DNA from: a virus
Virus record (IMG/VR): IMGVR_UViG_3300020159_003728
Span: 2,396-66,395 of that record
Length of the DNA: 64,000 nt
Direction: 5' to 3' (one strand)
A model generated the notes under the pieces. That model was not told where the DNA came from, made no database searches, and saw only the letters and a program-made list of their open reading frames with translations. Positions 17,901 through 25,761 of this stretch are shown here, piece after piece (the stretch's first letter is position 1; each line of letters starts with the position of its first letter). The translations under genes were made by a program, and so were the position numbers.

Positions 17901-19933
17901 AATGGAACCCGGAAAGCCTCGCCAAATTTATCGCACTTAACCGTTTTATCAACCACTATGACAGAACTCCACAAAACCTAGTTGTTGTGCTCGATCCGCA
18001 GGGAGAGGCACACTTGGTCCCAATTGATGACGGCAATGCGTTCTACGGATACAAGTTAAAAACGGAAGGGCCTTTGTCTCTTTTGACTGGAGATACAGCT
18101 CAAGAAAGTTTGGATGGATTTAAAACGATTGACGGCGTTGGTCATCAGTGGTTTAAGGAAACACAAAGTTTATCTACAGAAGATAAATTGAAGTTTGCTG
18201 TTGCACTCCGCGAAACAGTTGCTCGCATAAAAGGCCTTGATCTCGACGATGTTCGAATGCAGTTACTTAAAGAATCCGGCTGGTCAGAGGAAGAAATTTC
18301 ACATATTGGAGCAAAACTGACATTACTTGGCAATCGCCGGGAAGCTCTTGAGTGGGAAAAAATGTATCAGCGTGCTGTGAAGGCTATTGGGCTTGAAGTT
18401 GCTGATGTTGAAGCGGAAGTTAAAAAACAAAAAGAGGCAGCTGCCACCAAGAAGGTTGACCTGTCCTCGACGGGTGCACAAACTGCTTACAATGCACTAG
18501 CAAAAATTGGTAAAGGCCGCAATACTGGGGCGAAATTCCTTTGGGACGGTGAAAACATCCTCGAGCGTGAAGTCGTCCTAAGTAATGCACAGATTGCAAA
18601 TAGCACTACTGGAATTGATGGCCAGGCGCTAATTCTTCAATTCCGTGCAACTGGTAATGCCTATGCAGAAGCAAAAAAGAAAGCACAGTCTGGACAAGAT
18701 GGGTGGAAAGCACTTCCAGGACGAGACCAGCCAATGCTTCCACGGTATAGTGCTCCATCAAAAACGGGCGATCAAGTGGGTCCGGGGAATAAGAAAGATC
18801 CGATGGGTAATGGCAAGATCCGTTATTTTGATTTCCATCAATCTGGCCTAGACTCAATCGGTGGGAACGGTCAGCTGTACGAAAAAACATTAGAAGATGG
18901 GACTGTTATCCAAATGTTTGTTGCAGTCTTGTCACAATCTAGTTATGGCAAGCACTCCTATGATGGACATGTTGTTGTAATTAAGCCAACAGAAAATGCA
19001 GACAAAACGGTGTTGAGTATTGCGAATATGGATCAGGTTCTCGATCCCGCACTCACCGAACTTGGGATTACTTCAACCCCACCCCTACAAGAAGAATTAA
19101 ACATGCTCGGAATGCGCAACCTTGCAGTATCGCTTTTTGGCAATGATGCTCGAAGCTGGAACGATCAGAAAGTTATTGACAAGCTAAATGAAAAAGGCGT
19201 TGAGTTGGACGACATTGCGGTATCCGCTACGGCTCATCATCAACCATATATTCACTTAACTCGCGATGTTCGAGATGCCCTTTCGTCACAAATTAAAAGA
19301 ATTGGCATCCTTCATGGATATAAGGCCGGCGACACATTGACCTCATTTGTGCAGGCAATGGAAAATGGTGGGGTAACAGGCGCTTACCGTCGCGTAACTA
19401 ACGGATTCCCGAAGGCGGGTATATCTACATCGGCAGATACGCAGCGCGGAAGTAACGACTGGTCCTATCATGGTTGGGCTGCCGATGGAATGAACACCGC
19501 ACCCAATGAATCAATGTTTACGGCTCCAGATGACAGCCTTGCCACCATGTTGTACCTTGGCGGCGGAAGTATGACTAGCTCAAAAATTCAAACCATAACG
19601 CCATTGGAGTTTGCCCTTGAGCGAGTTGATACTGCATGGACTCAGGCTGACTCTTACGGTGATCCGGATACTCAAACAGGAATTTTATCGATGAGTCTTG
19701 CGAGCAATAATCAACCGTTAATTCGTGGTCAGATGCCACCTTCTCGATCCTTTCATGTATTTCAAAGTAAATCTGACCTAGAGTCAGCAATATCCCAGCT
19801 CAAAGAAAAAGGAATTACAGAATTCGATGGTATTCCGATCGAAAACCTCTTTTTCCACAGAGAAGACCCAAATATTGCTTCTAAAGCTAAACTCCTCATC
19901 GACCTATGGAGAGCTAGAGGGTGGGTAGCATGA
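8945..19933 (+). CDS. Giant (3662 aa) modular protein with an intact HipA/PI3-4K-like kinase domain and a possible C-terminal ART-like domain
   Basis: N-terminal RCPQG tag, then basic and Pro-rich linkers. Kinase motifs YIIK..QEILG..IVMEHI..HYDRTPQN..PIDDGNAF at about 17570-18045. Confidence 0.75.
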   Translation: MQTTDAHMIETKGYISVPAITHIEISRLPKDKRVQLIHYKALAFNADRKNAALSRDTTFVIETKGLKPDWDPGLGPGGGWRCPQGSRYGGYITDKFGRGCGGGILRRLGDALGQLNNNLASTTGAGLAATGERRDMRRLARAAARQRYRDDTNLARSLYPSLGSRALDRLGFGYRRTTYGLPPFYGPPQPKRRNRGANPNKPPIVTRVLDRTGDRYNDMLDRILYGKNRPKKKTPSKRTVVTGKVSQKRKKKSPTAKKPSIITRLLDNTGDKYNTLIDRVLYGRNKKGRSGRRSIPQATKQPVKKVTTPRAKKKKAVVKKATPKPVLPKKKIGTVGKFDPVSLSPKNRTLLAKLAQDDLDDLETFWRKMLNLGPADPLEQTEIDDFIENKIKQYKPGDKSAGAYIGFLKAQSNDYQALKAWKDEYSNDANGDAWIGELNKLGPTRRKKFLDALNASAPPKKKAPAKKVPAKKKPAPAKPAAKKPVAPTPQAPAPQAPTPAKPAPTPKPAPAPKPVPVPQVPTPNITPEVDEIEPIDDTPVDVDEDGKPETLPSWLKPVEDDPEKELPLPSFLLPKPEEPEPEKPEFPAWLKPKEPEAEIVPEAEIIPEPVSPLEAELEEIPIVEPEVAQESNAEYLEWLAEQQKLLSESPKKSPELDSLLGAINVKNDGFYTLGEFEDTPDGINDALKFIQDTSKIADALNYKGWIGLYKNQDTGKFIARPVEYINPDDVDGSLILAKKDELYGTVDLDSFLIKDLIGTSLPEPKIKKDKPEKIFVPASVTEIAIKTAGISGKDSRDLIKGLIAKAEESGEDQVWVALIDGKNATSFHGPVSEIEKIVKKSLKANFKQQIYFLGHVSGKDGFSQFARDSYHWYQEIGKHNGVPLKYRPNHTFEMDAGELDDDGPDAWITAFLNPNYDGIKEMFKQNPSATPYHLSGNDKVEMTNAALLNYLGTLPDGHEAYKIRRRPASASKSRIAFAELPWFGHLGKQTGKSVGQRYKVLKDGFYDDPMFGPDQTKLTGMLHSALADARALAYSQSKDMFIIDVAPSDGDPIMNIVDLDRLQFLISNGNKFRIIAQVEQTGGTWNKTYNISINSDYKKVAPDTPLKFSSWLGARKVVSQKPPDDDDETDPVGEVNKFINGVLGTTLPEPKPVAAFNFVIEAIDSGDDVDSTIPEVEPIFATKTDEELADVLNGVDTIDWWKANSPFEKSDLDEFVIQAKQSAKNAASTDGIPTVKKVDSALGIVNEQIAKLEKGIPLNKGNDAKWDTLRSLFIARIQKKHLEYLRKIAKTKEDLDTTAGLAAADIGYKSLPADVAVTVDVDQVLNDETITLGEALDLIGSAKPIKEVLEEKLKTATGVVQFGSLPEQMETLTGIPMSNIDNLTTWSGGKTSATLDSILAALQNNKPVTTSANNEIKELEWDLNNLEFVVKELTVEATKELELRIKAQLQLMNVNLLNILAEKGISTPAKFLNKDMTGVNGDYLKSLSNLFELSYDTLGTNSYISWAAANDVLVMAKELKRLKKADPNKTAKGILYAIASKPGASVPEIIDPAPPVAKKIKMSLNDQISFSDIGALDLVDTLGVLMDQAMVNKQRIMIWVTNDSDEKITIGTYKKIIVGTYEEMSANWSNVGSVIAGVMPNGAIYVSASSTANQSKWLSKVGKYGTGGWDVPLGAAYKFEGESEFEVLDKLYDAKDNLIISKDTNDGGWSIGAAAPPKSMFTPSKDAPPTTNMAGFESPDAANYISLPGRIKKSHSLVLNNLPEAAEANLQGTPIKNSDWANIYDTVISPGVDIPLLDSEDADWFNAAFFTTENLRDLLNSVAKSGVPDGAEVHFYVGPEGKILVRVLPYQPSWASEDVVTKKKGYKLIAVASLDTPFLASGKNSGGEPGINQFWIASNIGDTSDLDYIPNTLKTNSAAEFKKLGFKSWSDINGGNFKKIAPLLDAALKEILPSAADIPFDDNTFESMTPDSAPQWISPSAPLDIENTVYTMLDFAAAKVYQNNIGVPVGSDVDFGEYLWLVQKANGEVGLVKTSDLIPLVTKGVSKSEPDIYILGAAGAINDGTSSYLSKLWMASVPINATIVTSKLGSGVDSEEIVDNLSGGKPFSGWSGNFAIMQFPASLLGAADIDGHRGYVWEGEFDEFLSEGAKEDLDDTIKHIKEGIAGEHAPSAAAYVGFKQLYDGFMEIESSSSLSTALSDWDGFEAIPGPLAIAAVMGRLYNKEEGDKHPWVVDVLGGDPGKTLFLVRNTETGRYHFMWAPPESLDAEGWLFKPHLSNGIFDPNNSDLAISKAGTTNIPKFEIVAHRVGNMTYFESDLGFALPENSEEWRRIVIADPTGGGPRDLWAQRSITGSETQPPLSLYKLPNFTDAQIATGAPDVSLMPLLHKYKFGYKPTDSLPVAKIQTAKTVPPSKKVLLSDIADGINSGELQIGVGDPVSFNDVSDGSPMSEIAKVLNIALRRTGFYNSVSKDTKILVPSMGVWENISDHITVAIPAISALMRHMLQNGISVTDLMPSISNLYQLDIAKKEDSSFGLMTHGVLSKLAVAIANDPDFKFEFTDPTKFTLEKILSYFKPTQDGSFFIESSEGPFDTSPAGLVVLAKLLAREIHVASFGHDVDLSQIKQMIDPPLISSTGEPYPKNSFNYDTVFRHGFNDLDNGSIDQSDTIEVSEHIDGLISHEFDLLSTSLNEFAEAGFPTLASSPALQLQTLGARRTSIAMVRQLMGMIIDAENEHDHKRAKQLRAIGDQYIKLSPMIGALPEPIRARFNQFFKTGGFPPAPKLAKVLGHKSGSIVPKHGGFDGTALGSVSANGKAIAPHVGASALLQSVEDATAHLANGGSLAEVPDMFLLAAIKENIQSTDGDGKRFRIDKSISEGYNKGTFGVIDTLSPLVHSDGPNAFRRYIIKDAHRNAAEHLQEILGSAIEHELSIPALGHRIAGPMKMKKDKNGVSQIQRPIVMEHIANLFDKPGWTVVGHTTDLPAGTKWNPESLAKFIALNRFINHYDRTPQNLVVVLDPQGEAHLVPIDDGNAFYGYKLKTEGPLSLLTGDTAQESLDGFKTIDGVGHQWFKETQSLSTEDKLKFAVALRETVARIKGLDLDDVRMQLLKESGWSEEEISHIGAKLTLLGNRREALEWEKMYQRAVKAIGLEVADVEAEVKKQKEAAATKKVDLSSTGAQTAYNALAKIGKGRNTGAKFLWDGENILEREVVLSNAQIANSTTGIDGQALILQFRATGNAYAEAKKKAQSGQDGWKALPGRDQPMLPRYSAPSKTGDQVGPGNKKDPMGNGKIRYFDFHQSGLDSIGGNGQLYEKTLEDGTVIQMFVAVLSQSSYGKHSYDGHVVVIKPTENADKTVLSIANMDQVLDPALTELGITSTPPLQEELNMLGMRNLAVSLFGNDARSWNDQKVIDKLNEKGVELDDIAVSATAHHQPYIHLTRDVRDALSSQIKRIGILHGYKAGDTLTSFVQAMENGGVTGAYRRVTNGFPKAGISTSADTQRGSNDWSYHGWAADGMNTAPNESMFTAPDDSLATMLYLGGGSMTSSKIQTITPLEFALERVDTAWTQADSYGDPDTQTGILSMSLASNNQPLIRGQMPPSRSFHVFQSKSDLESAISQLKEKGITEFDGIPIENLFFHREDPNIASKAKLLIDLWRARGWVA

Positions 19934-20382
19934 AACCAGTAATTCCAAAGTGGCTTGGCATAACACAAAAAGAACTTTCAAAACTCGATCTTGGTGCTGC
20001 AATTAAGCCACTAACAAAAGAAGAGGTTGAGGCTGGCATTGTTATTCGAGGACCGGTAATTATGATGTCAACACCTTCAACCCCAAAACAATTTACCAAA
20101 TTGCTTCCGTTGGTGTGCCACGATGTGCGTTTTGCCGAAGAGGGCAAGGATATGTATATGGAGTATTACCTTGGAACGAATGAGCGCCGAATTGAAAAGA
20201 TCTCAAAAGTCACTGTTACCGATATATCAAATCGTCTACTTATTGAGACCGCCAATCGTGGGATGATCAAATTCCGAGCATTCAAAATGGGCGATAAAGG
20301 CTTGTATATGATGGGCCCCAACCAAGATGCAGAAGATATTTCATCATTCATAAAAAGCATCTGGAAGATCGGATTAATTTGA
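19930..20382 (+). CDS. Hypothetical protein coupled to the giant gene
   Basis: ATGA overlap with the stop of the giant ORF. Confidence 0.7.
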   Translation: MKPVIPKWLGITQKELSKLDLGAAIKPLTKEEVEAGIVIRGPVIMMSTPSTPKQFTKLLPLVCHDVRFAEEGKDMYMEYYLGTNERRIEKISKVTVTDISNRLLIETANRGMIKFRAFKMGDKGLYMMGPNQDAEDISSFIKSIWKIGLI

Positions 20383-20738
20383 TGGAAGAAATGGCTTTAG
20401 TAATAAAAGGATATGACGCTAAAAAGAATGCCCTAACACCACGAATGATTGTCGTTTTTACTAACTCTCGAATTGTTGCATTTGGTGACCCGGCAACATT
20501 TGCTGGCCACGAAGCTGACGAAATTACAAAACGCTATGCGATGTTAGAGGCTAGCGAAATACCGGCAATTCTTGACGCGTACAAAGATCGTTACATCGGT
20601 GAAACTTATGCTTATGGGGGTAAGGCCGATATGGTCCCCTATTCGGGCAAAGATAAGAAGAAGATTGATACAATTAAAGACGGCTTCGCAAATACGGAAT
20701 TTAGTCCGACACTTGAGCGCACCCAGGGATCAAAATGA
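20382..20738 (+). CDS. Hypothetical protein
   Basis: TGATG overlap upstream and ATGA overlap downstream. Confidence 0.7.
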   Translation: MEEMALVIKGYDAKKNALTPRMIVVFTNSRIVAFGDPATFAGHEADEITKRYAMLEASEIPAILDAYKDRYIGETYAYGGKADMVPYSGKDKKKIDTIKDGFANTEFSPTLERTQGSK

Positions 20739-23700
20739 AGCGTACGGCAATGACAACAAGAGCAGAAGCGCTCAAAATTGCTCGATATATGGGCTGCAGT
20801 GGCGCTCATGAGACAGAAAATGGCTGGATGCCATGTTCTTCGCATTCCATTTTAATGGATATTTCAAATCGGGCAGAAAAAAGTCTTGCTCGGCAGGTCG
20901 TCAGTAAAAGAAAAAAACGAGCCAAAAAGCCACCAGCTAATCAGTGGGAAGACTTAACCGAAAGCCCTGTTACCAGTATTGATACGCTCTCCGATGGCTC
21001 TTTAGTTTCTGGCGTAGTTGGCACAAAAGCAGCAAAACAGAAATGCCCAGAGGCAACACAAAGCGTTGTCGTCAATTTGAAAAATCGTCAAAAAGCAATT
21101 CGTGACGCAAAATACGGACCCATGAATCCCAATGAGCCAAGCACAGAATATTGGAAAGATATTGCCGATCTCTGGGATGTGTCGATACCCGAAGCTAAAA
21201 AGCAACGCTGCGGTAATTGTGCAGCATTTGTCAAAACTCCAGAAATGCTCAGCTGTATAAATACTGGTATTGGAAATGACAAAGATAGCTGGAGCGTTAT
21301 TGCTGCCGGCGATCTTGGATACTGTGAATTTTTTGACTTTAAATGTGCGTCCAAGCGGACTTGCAAGGCCTGGGTTGTTGGTGGTCCAATCACCGGAAAT
21401 GAAACCAAGCAGTTAAGCGAAAGAACAGTTCGTCGTTCTGATATAGATGTTTTTGGCTCCCCCGAGTCAGCGAGGGCACGAGCTCGACAGATTGGATGTA
21501 TTGGCATTCGCCGCTATTCGTCCGATAATGGCAAGCCAGCATTTATGCCGTGCACAAATGAATCTGATTACCGTCGACGCATGGGAACATCCGAACAGGG
21601 TCGGATTGATATTGCTAAGCGACAAATGCGCGAGATGCGTTTAGCAATAGGCAAAATGCGCTCAAAATCTGCAGCAAGCACGCCAGCTCCCAAGAAAGAC
21701 CAAATCTTTGGGTCTGACAAAAATCAATCTGGCAGTGCTTCATCTCGATCTTCAGCGAGCGGAATTAACCTATCTGAATCGACTGTTGCTGGCCTAAAAC
21801 GCTCACTCCAAGCACATAACCGACGAATGTCGGAACTGAATAAGCCGTCTTGGACAACCGCAAATCTAGACGCATTAAAGGCTGTTTATCGCCGCGGTGC
21901 GGGGGCATACAGCATTTCTCACCGACCCAATGTCACAAGATCACAATGGGCGATGGGCCGAGTTAGGGCATTTCTATGGATGCTCGAACACGGCAAGCCA
22001 AAGAAATTGGCATACATCACAGACAACGATCTATTACCTGAAAAGCACCCCTTTAGGCAGAACAAGAAAACTGTGAATTTAATTTTGCAGGATCTAGATT
22101 TCGATAGTCTCGAATACAAGGGTCTTGGCGGTTGGTTCCGTGGAGTGAAGCCGTCGCGCATAGGGGCCCGTCGCAAGTTACGAAATGCGGCTCCCAAGCG
22201 CCCCAAGTCGTCATACGATGGCGATAGCGATGGGTTTATTTGGAATCCACTTACTGGCCGTGATGATTTGCCGTTTAATGCACCAAAGATCCCAGGTGCT
22301 GGCGGAACCACACCTGGCGCAAAGCCGCAAAAAATGCGTACCGTGCTTGCTCGAATTGCTGGCAAGAAGCGACAAAAACCAAAACGCGAAAACTTATTTG
22401 TAAAGCCGGATATTCGCAAAACGAGCAATACTGTTCGTTCGGATTCATTTGACTTTGACGATGAAGATTTCGCCCTTGATTTTGGTCTTGGTGCAACTAA
22501 ATTCCCGAGTCGCATACCAATAGTCGATACTATTGATTTTCAGGGTTTTGTTCAAAATCCGTACTGGATTCGAGATGAGTTTGCTCAAAAACTAGGTGAC
22601 TACTGGATTGCTGGTCGCGATGTTCGAGGTATCAGACCAGTACCATCAATTATTCCATTCTCGCTTCGTCAATGGAATGGCCTTCACAGCGCAGAACGGC
22701 ATGCAATCCTTGAATTTTACAAAAGGCAAGAGGCCAAAAAAAGATTACTTCAAGGAATATTTGATGCTGAAGAAGCTGAAGAAATAGCAGCTAAACAGCT
22801 TACTAATCTTCCTAAAAACCCGCAGCAAGCGCAAGAATATCTAAATCAACGAACACACAGGAAACTCGCAGCAATATTTCCTCATCTTCGCGATGGCCTA
22901 GACGCTGATGGTAAGCCAATAAGTACCCCCAAGCCCGGGGAGCCTTTAATTGCCTCAATAGATGACACTAAAGAGTTTTTAAAGAATACGCCATCCCCTA
23001 GAAAATTCAGCACTTCGGATAATTTTGATTATGTCCTTGATCTACTTCAACCAATTGATAAATTTGCGATACAGGCTCACTTTTTCCAGAGAGATAGGAA
23101 CTTAGAAAATCCAAATCGGAACCACGGTTATGCTCCATTTCTTTCTGACCGTGAATTTTGGGATTTTGTTTCAATTAACATTGGAAGCATTCTTGGTAGA
23201 GCTGAAGAAGAAAATCCAGGATTGTCCATGGATCGACTAACTCGTGATCAAATTGATAAATATGCAAACCGAGAACTCGAATCTAATGCCGGTCAGTTGC
23301 CAGTAGCAAATGATGTTTTCGCGCTTAGTCGGGCTATTTATTCATTGCTATTCCCGTCCTCTGACAAAGAGACTGAAGATAATATTCGCGATATGGCCGA
23401 ATATAACGGTGATCGAGAAAAGCCTATCGAAGAAAAAATCGCAGAAATTCGCGTAGCTATTGCTAGTGGGTTTAATAAAGATTACGCAGAACTATATATG
23501 GCCACGGCACTCAGCCCTGATGAAAAAGATACAGAAGCAAAGAAAGACCTAAATCCGCTTTATGAGCAGTTCCTTGACGCTGAACCCCCAATGCCGGCCG
23601 ATATGCCAAACGCAACAAATGATCCAGATTTCCGCCCTTATGTTCATCCAATGCAGGCTGAACATACTGGCATATTTGAAGATGAGGAAGATGTTGCTGC

Positions 23701-24154
23701 CCGTAGTGCTTTAACAGCAGCAGAGCGCGCGGCAGGAATGCTTGATAGAAACCCTGATGATGCTGGAATAAATCAGCTGTATGTTCCTGCGGGTCTAGAG
23801 CAAATGTATCCAGCAGACACGATCGGCGATTCTTTTAGAGAAATGGCGACAGATATTGCCGAATGGTACGAACAAATCTTGAATCAATATGAAAACCTCT
23901 TAAAATCTACAGATTCATTGACATCGCTGAGTACTCCAGATCCAACTACTGCTAGTGGAAGAATGACATATTTGCTATCAGCTATCTCATTTATGCCATC
24001 AAAACTTAAATTCTTAGGTCTTGAGGACGCAATCAAAGAAGCAGTCGATGATGATGATCCGTTTTCTGGAGGCAATTTATTGCCAATGATGTTTCAGAAT
24101 ATGCTCGCATCCATGTATTGGGAAGAAGTTAGAAAGCGAGGACTTCTCGACTAG
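20735..24154 (+). CDS. Modular head-region protein: two GCxG..MPC repeats, a HiPIP-like Cys domain, a VYRRG..SHRP..QWAMGRV module, a DGD tag and an acidic C-terminal cargo
   Basis: GCSGAH..WMPC and GCIGIR..FMPC. CGNC..GYC..C..CKAW. DGDSDGFIWNPLTGRDDLP at 22217-22273. Confidence 0.7.
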   Translation: MKRTAMTTRAEALKIARYMGCSGAHETENGWMPCSSHSILMDISNRAEKSLARQVVSKRKKRAKKPPANQWEDLTESPVTSIDTLSDGSLVSGVVGTKAAKQKCPEATQSVVVNLKNRQKAIRDAKYGPMNPNEPSTEYWKDIADLWDVSIPEAKKQRCGNCAAFVKTPEMLSCINTGIGNDKDSWSVIAAGDLGYCEFFDFKCASKRTCKAWVVGGPITGNETKQLSERTVRRSDIDVFGSPESARARARQIGCIGIRRYSSDNGKPAFMPCTNESDYRRRMGTSEQGRIDIAKRQMREMRLAIGKMRSKSAASTPAPKKDQIFGSDKNQSGSASSRSSASGINLSESTVAGLKRSLQAHNRRMSELNKPSWTTANLDALKAVYRRGAGAYSISHRPNVTRSQWAMGRVRAFLWMLEHGKPKKLAYITDNDLLPEKHPFRQNKKTVNLILQDLDFDSLEYKGLGGWFRGVKPSRIGARRKLRNAAPKRPKSSYDGDSDGFIWNPLTGRDDLPFNAPKIPGAGGTTPGAKPQKMRTVLARIAGKKRQKPKRENLFVKPDIRKTSNTVRSDSFDFDDEDFALDFGLGATKFPSRIPIVDTIDFQGFVQNPYWIRDEFAQKLGDYWIAGRDVRGIRPVPSIIPFSLRQWNGLHSAERHAILEFYKRQEAKKRLLQGIFDAEEAEEIAAKQLTNLPKNPQQAQEYLNQRTHRKLAAIFPHLRDGLDADGKPISTPKPGEPLIASIDDTKEFLKNTPSPRKFSTSDNFDYVLDLLQPIDKFAIQAHFFQRDRNLENPNRNHGYAPFLSDREFWDFVSINIGSILGRAEEENPGLSMDRLTRDQIDKYANRELESNAGQLPVANDVFALSRAIYSLLFPSSDKETEDNIRDMAEYNGDREKPIEEKIAEIRVAIASGFNKDYAELYMATALSPDEKDTEAKKDLNPLYEQFLDAEPPMPADMPNATNDPDFRPYVHPMQAEHTGIFEDEEDVAARSALTAAERAAGMLDRNPDDAGINQLYVPAGLEQMYPADTIGDSFREMATDIAEWYEQILNQYENLLKSTDSLTSLSTPDPTTASGRMTYLLSAISFMPSKLKFLGLEDAIKEAVDDDDPFSGGNLLPMMFQNMLASMYWEEVRKRGLLD

Positions 24155-24294
24155 TAAAGATAAATACTTTAAGTAGTTCCACTATAGAAACCCATCCCAT
24201 GTTACATTTAGAATTGACTTTGGGCTGGGTGCTTACCTAAGTGGCCAAATCAAATATCCGCATCCACAACAAAACCAAACTCTTAGGAGATCAA

Positions 24295-25638
24295 ATGTCA
24301 ACCGACGAATCCCGTCTTTCCGAACTTCAGTCAGCACTCCGTACAAAGATGGCTGACAACAAGTCCATTGCCGACTCATTCAAAATTGAAGAAGGCACCG
24401 TAGTTGTTAGCACTGAACAAAAGAGTGCTTTCGACAAGAACATGCGCGACATCAAGGAAATCAAGAGCCTTATCGAAGGCATTGAATCCATGCGCGATGT
24501 TGAGCGCTGGGGAAGTGAACCAACTTCTGATTCACTGGCCGTCAAGGCTCTCGCTGCCGGCGGCACGGTCAATGGTTACTCAGCCAAGTCAATCGGTGAA
24601 CTGTTCCTTGATTCTGAAGAATTCAAGTCACTTGCCGGTGGCCGTAATGGTGCCAACATGCCAAGCCCCTTCGTCCTTCAAAAGAGCGATGTCACCTCAG
24701 GCATGCTTTTCAAGGATGTCTACTCGGCTCTGCCCAGTGGCACTCCCGGTTCATTCGGTCGCATCGATCGTGACGCGATGGTTACCCAGCCCACACGGAC
24801 CCGTCGTGTTCGCGACCTCTTCCCGAGCCGCACCACCACTGCAGCCGTGATTGAGTACTTCCGTATGCTCGGTTTCACAACTCCCGGCACCACCGCCACG
24901 AATGCCGCTTCTTCGGTTGCTGAACGCGCCGCTAACAACGGTAGTTTCGCACAGAAGCCGCAGTCGTCATTCCAGTTCGTTGGTCAACAGGCTCCGGTGC
25001 GCACCCTCGCTCACTGGGAAGCTGCCCACCGCAATGTTTTGGCCGACGAGCCGCAACTCCGTAGCATCATCGACAACGAATTGATGTACGGTCTGCGCCT
25101 CCAGGAAGATGCTCAGATCCTCAACGGTAACGGTCAAGGCGAGAACTTGACTGGAATCTTGAACACTTCAGGCATCCAGAACTACGCATGGTCAGACGGC
25201 CAGAATGGAGCCGGCGACTTCACCGCCGATACCAAGGCTGACGCTCTTCGTCGCGCTGCGACCCTCTCGTTCCTTGCTTACTACGAGCCAACCGGCATCG
25301 TTATGCACCCGAACGACTGGGAAGACATCGAATTGACCAAGGACCTCAACGGTCAGTACTTGGTCGCTGTGAGCGTCGCTATGGGTGGCGAACCCCGCAT
25401 CTGGCGTATCCCGATCGTCGAAACTCCCGCCATTGCAGAAGGCACCGCTCTCGTTGGCGCATTCGGTACCGGCGCTCAGTTGTACGACCGCGAGCAGGCA
25501 AGCATTCGCATCAGCGAACAGCACGCAGACTTCTTCGTGCGCAACGCCATTGTCATCTTGGCTGAACAGCGTCTCGCTCTCGCTGTTAAGCGTCCAGAGG
25601 CATTCGTCGAAGTCACATTCGACAACGCTCCCACCTGA
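24295..25638 (+). CDS. Major capsid protein, HK97 fold, with N-terminal delta (scaffold) domain
   Basis: AGGAG then ATG 24295. Coiled-coil N-terminus. Motifs EDAQILNGNG, IVMHPNDW and ILAEQRLALAVKRPEAF. Strong C-ending codon bias and a terminator immediately downstream. Confidence 0.95.
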   Translation: MSTDESRLSELQSALRTKMADNKSIADSFKIEEGTVVVSTEQKSAFDKNMRDIKEIKSLIEGIESMRDVERWGSEPTSDSLAVKALAAGGTVNGYSAKSIGELFLDSEEFKSLAGGRNGANMPSPFVLQKSDVTSGMLFKDVYSALPSGTPGSFGRIDRDAMVTQPTRTRRVRDLFPSRTTTAAVIEYFRMLGFTTPGTTATNAASSVAERAANNGSFAQKPQSSFQFVGQQAPVRTLAHWEAAHRNVLADEPQLRSIIDNELMYGLRLQEDAQILNGNGQGENLTGILNTSGIQNYAWSDGQNGAGDFTADTKADALRRAATLSFLAYYEPTGIVMHPNDWEDIELTKDLNGQYLVAVSVAMGGEPRIWRIPIVETPAIAEGTALVGAFGTGAQLYDREQASIRISEQHADFFVRNAIVILAEQRLALAVKRPEAFVEVTFDNAPT

Positions 25639-25659
25639 TCCAATACCCGACAAGGTAAT

Positions 25660-25701
25660 AGAAACCCCCCGCTCGTCATTGAGCGGGGGGTTTCTCCTTT
25701 C
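25660..25701 (+). terminator. Rho-independent terminator after the capsid gene
   Basis: AGAAACCCCCCGCTC-gtcatt-GAGCGGGGGGTTTCT followed by CCTTT. Confidence 0.85.
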
Positions 25702-25761
25702 TACGGCTAAAAATGCAACTATTATTACTACAAAACAAGCCTTACATTGCAAGGAGAAACA

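Noticed and set aside
8945-19933. Giant ORF as tape measure, tail fibre or virion RNA polymerase
   Set aside because: No tape-measure helical periodicity, fibre repeats or recognisable polymerase motifs. It lies in the head module and has kinase motifs.
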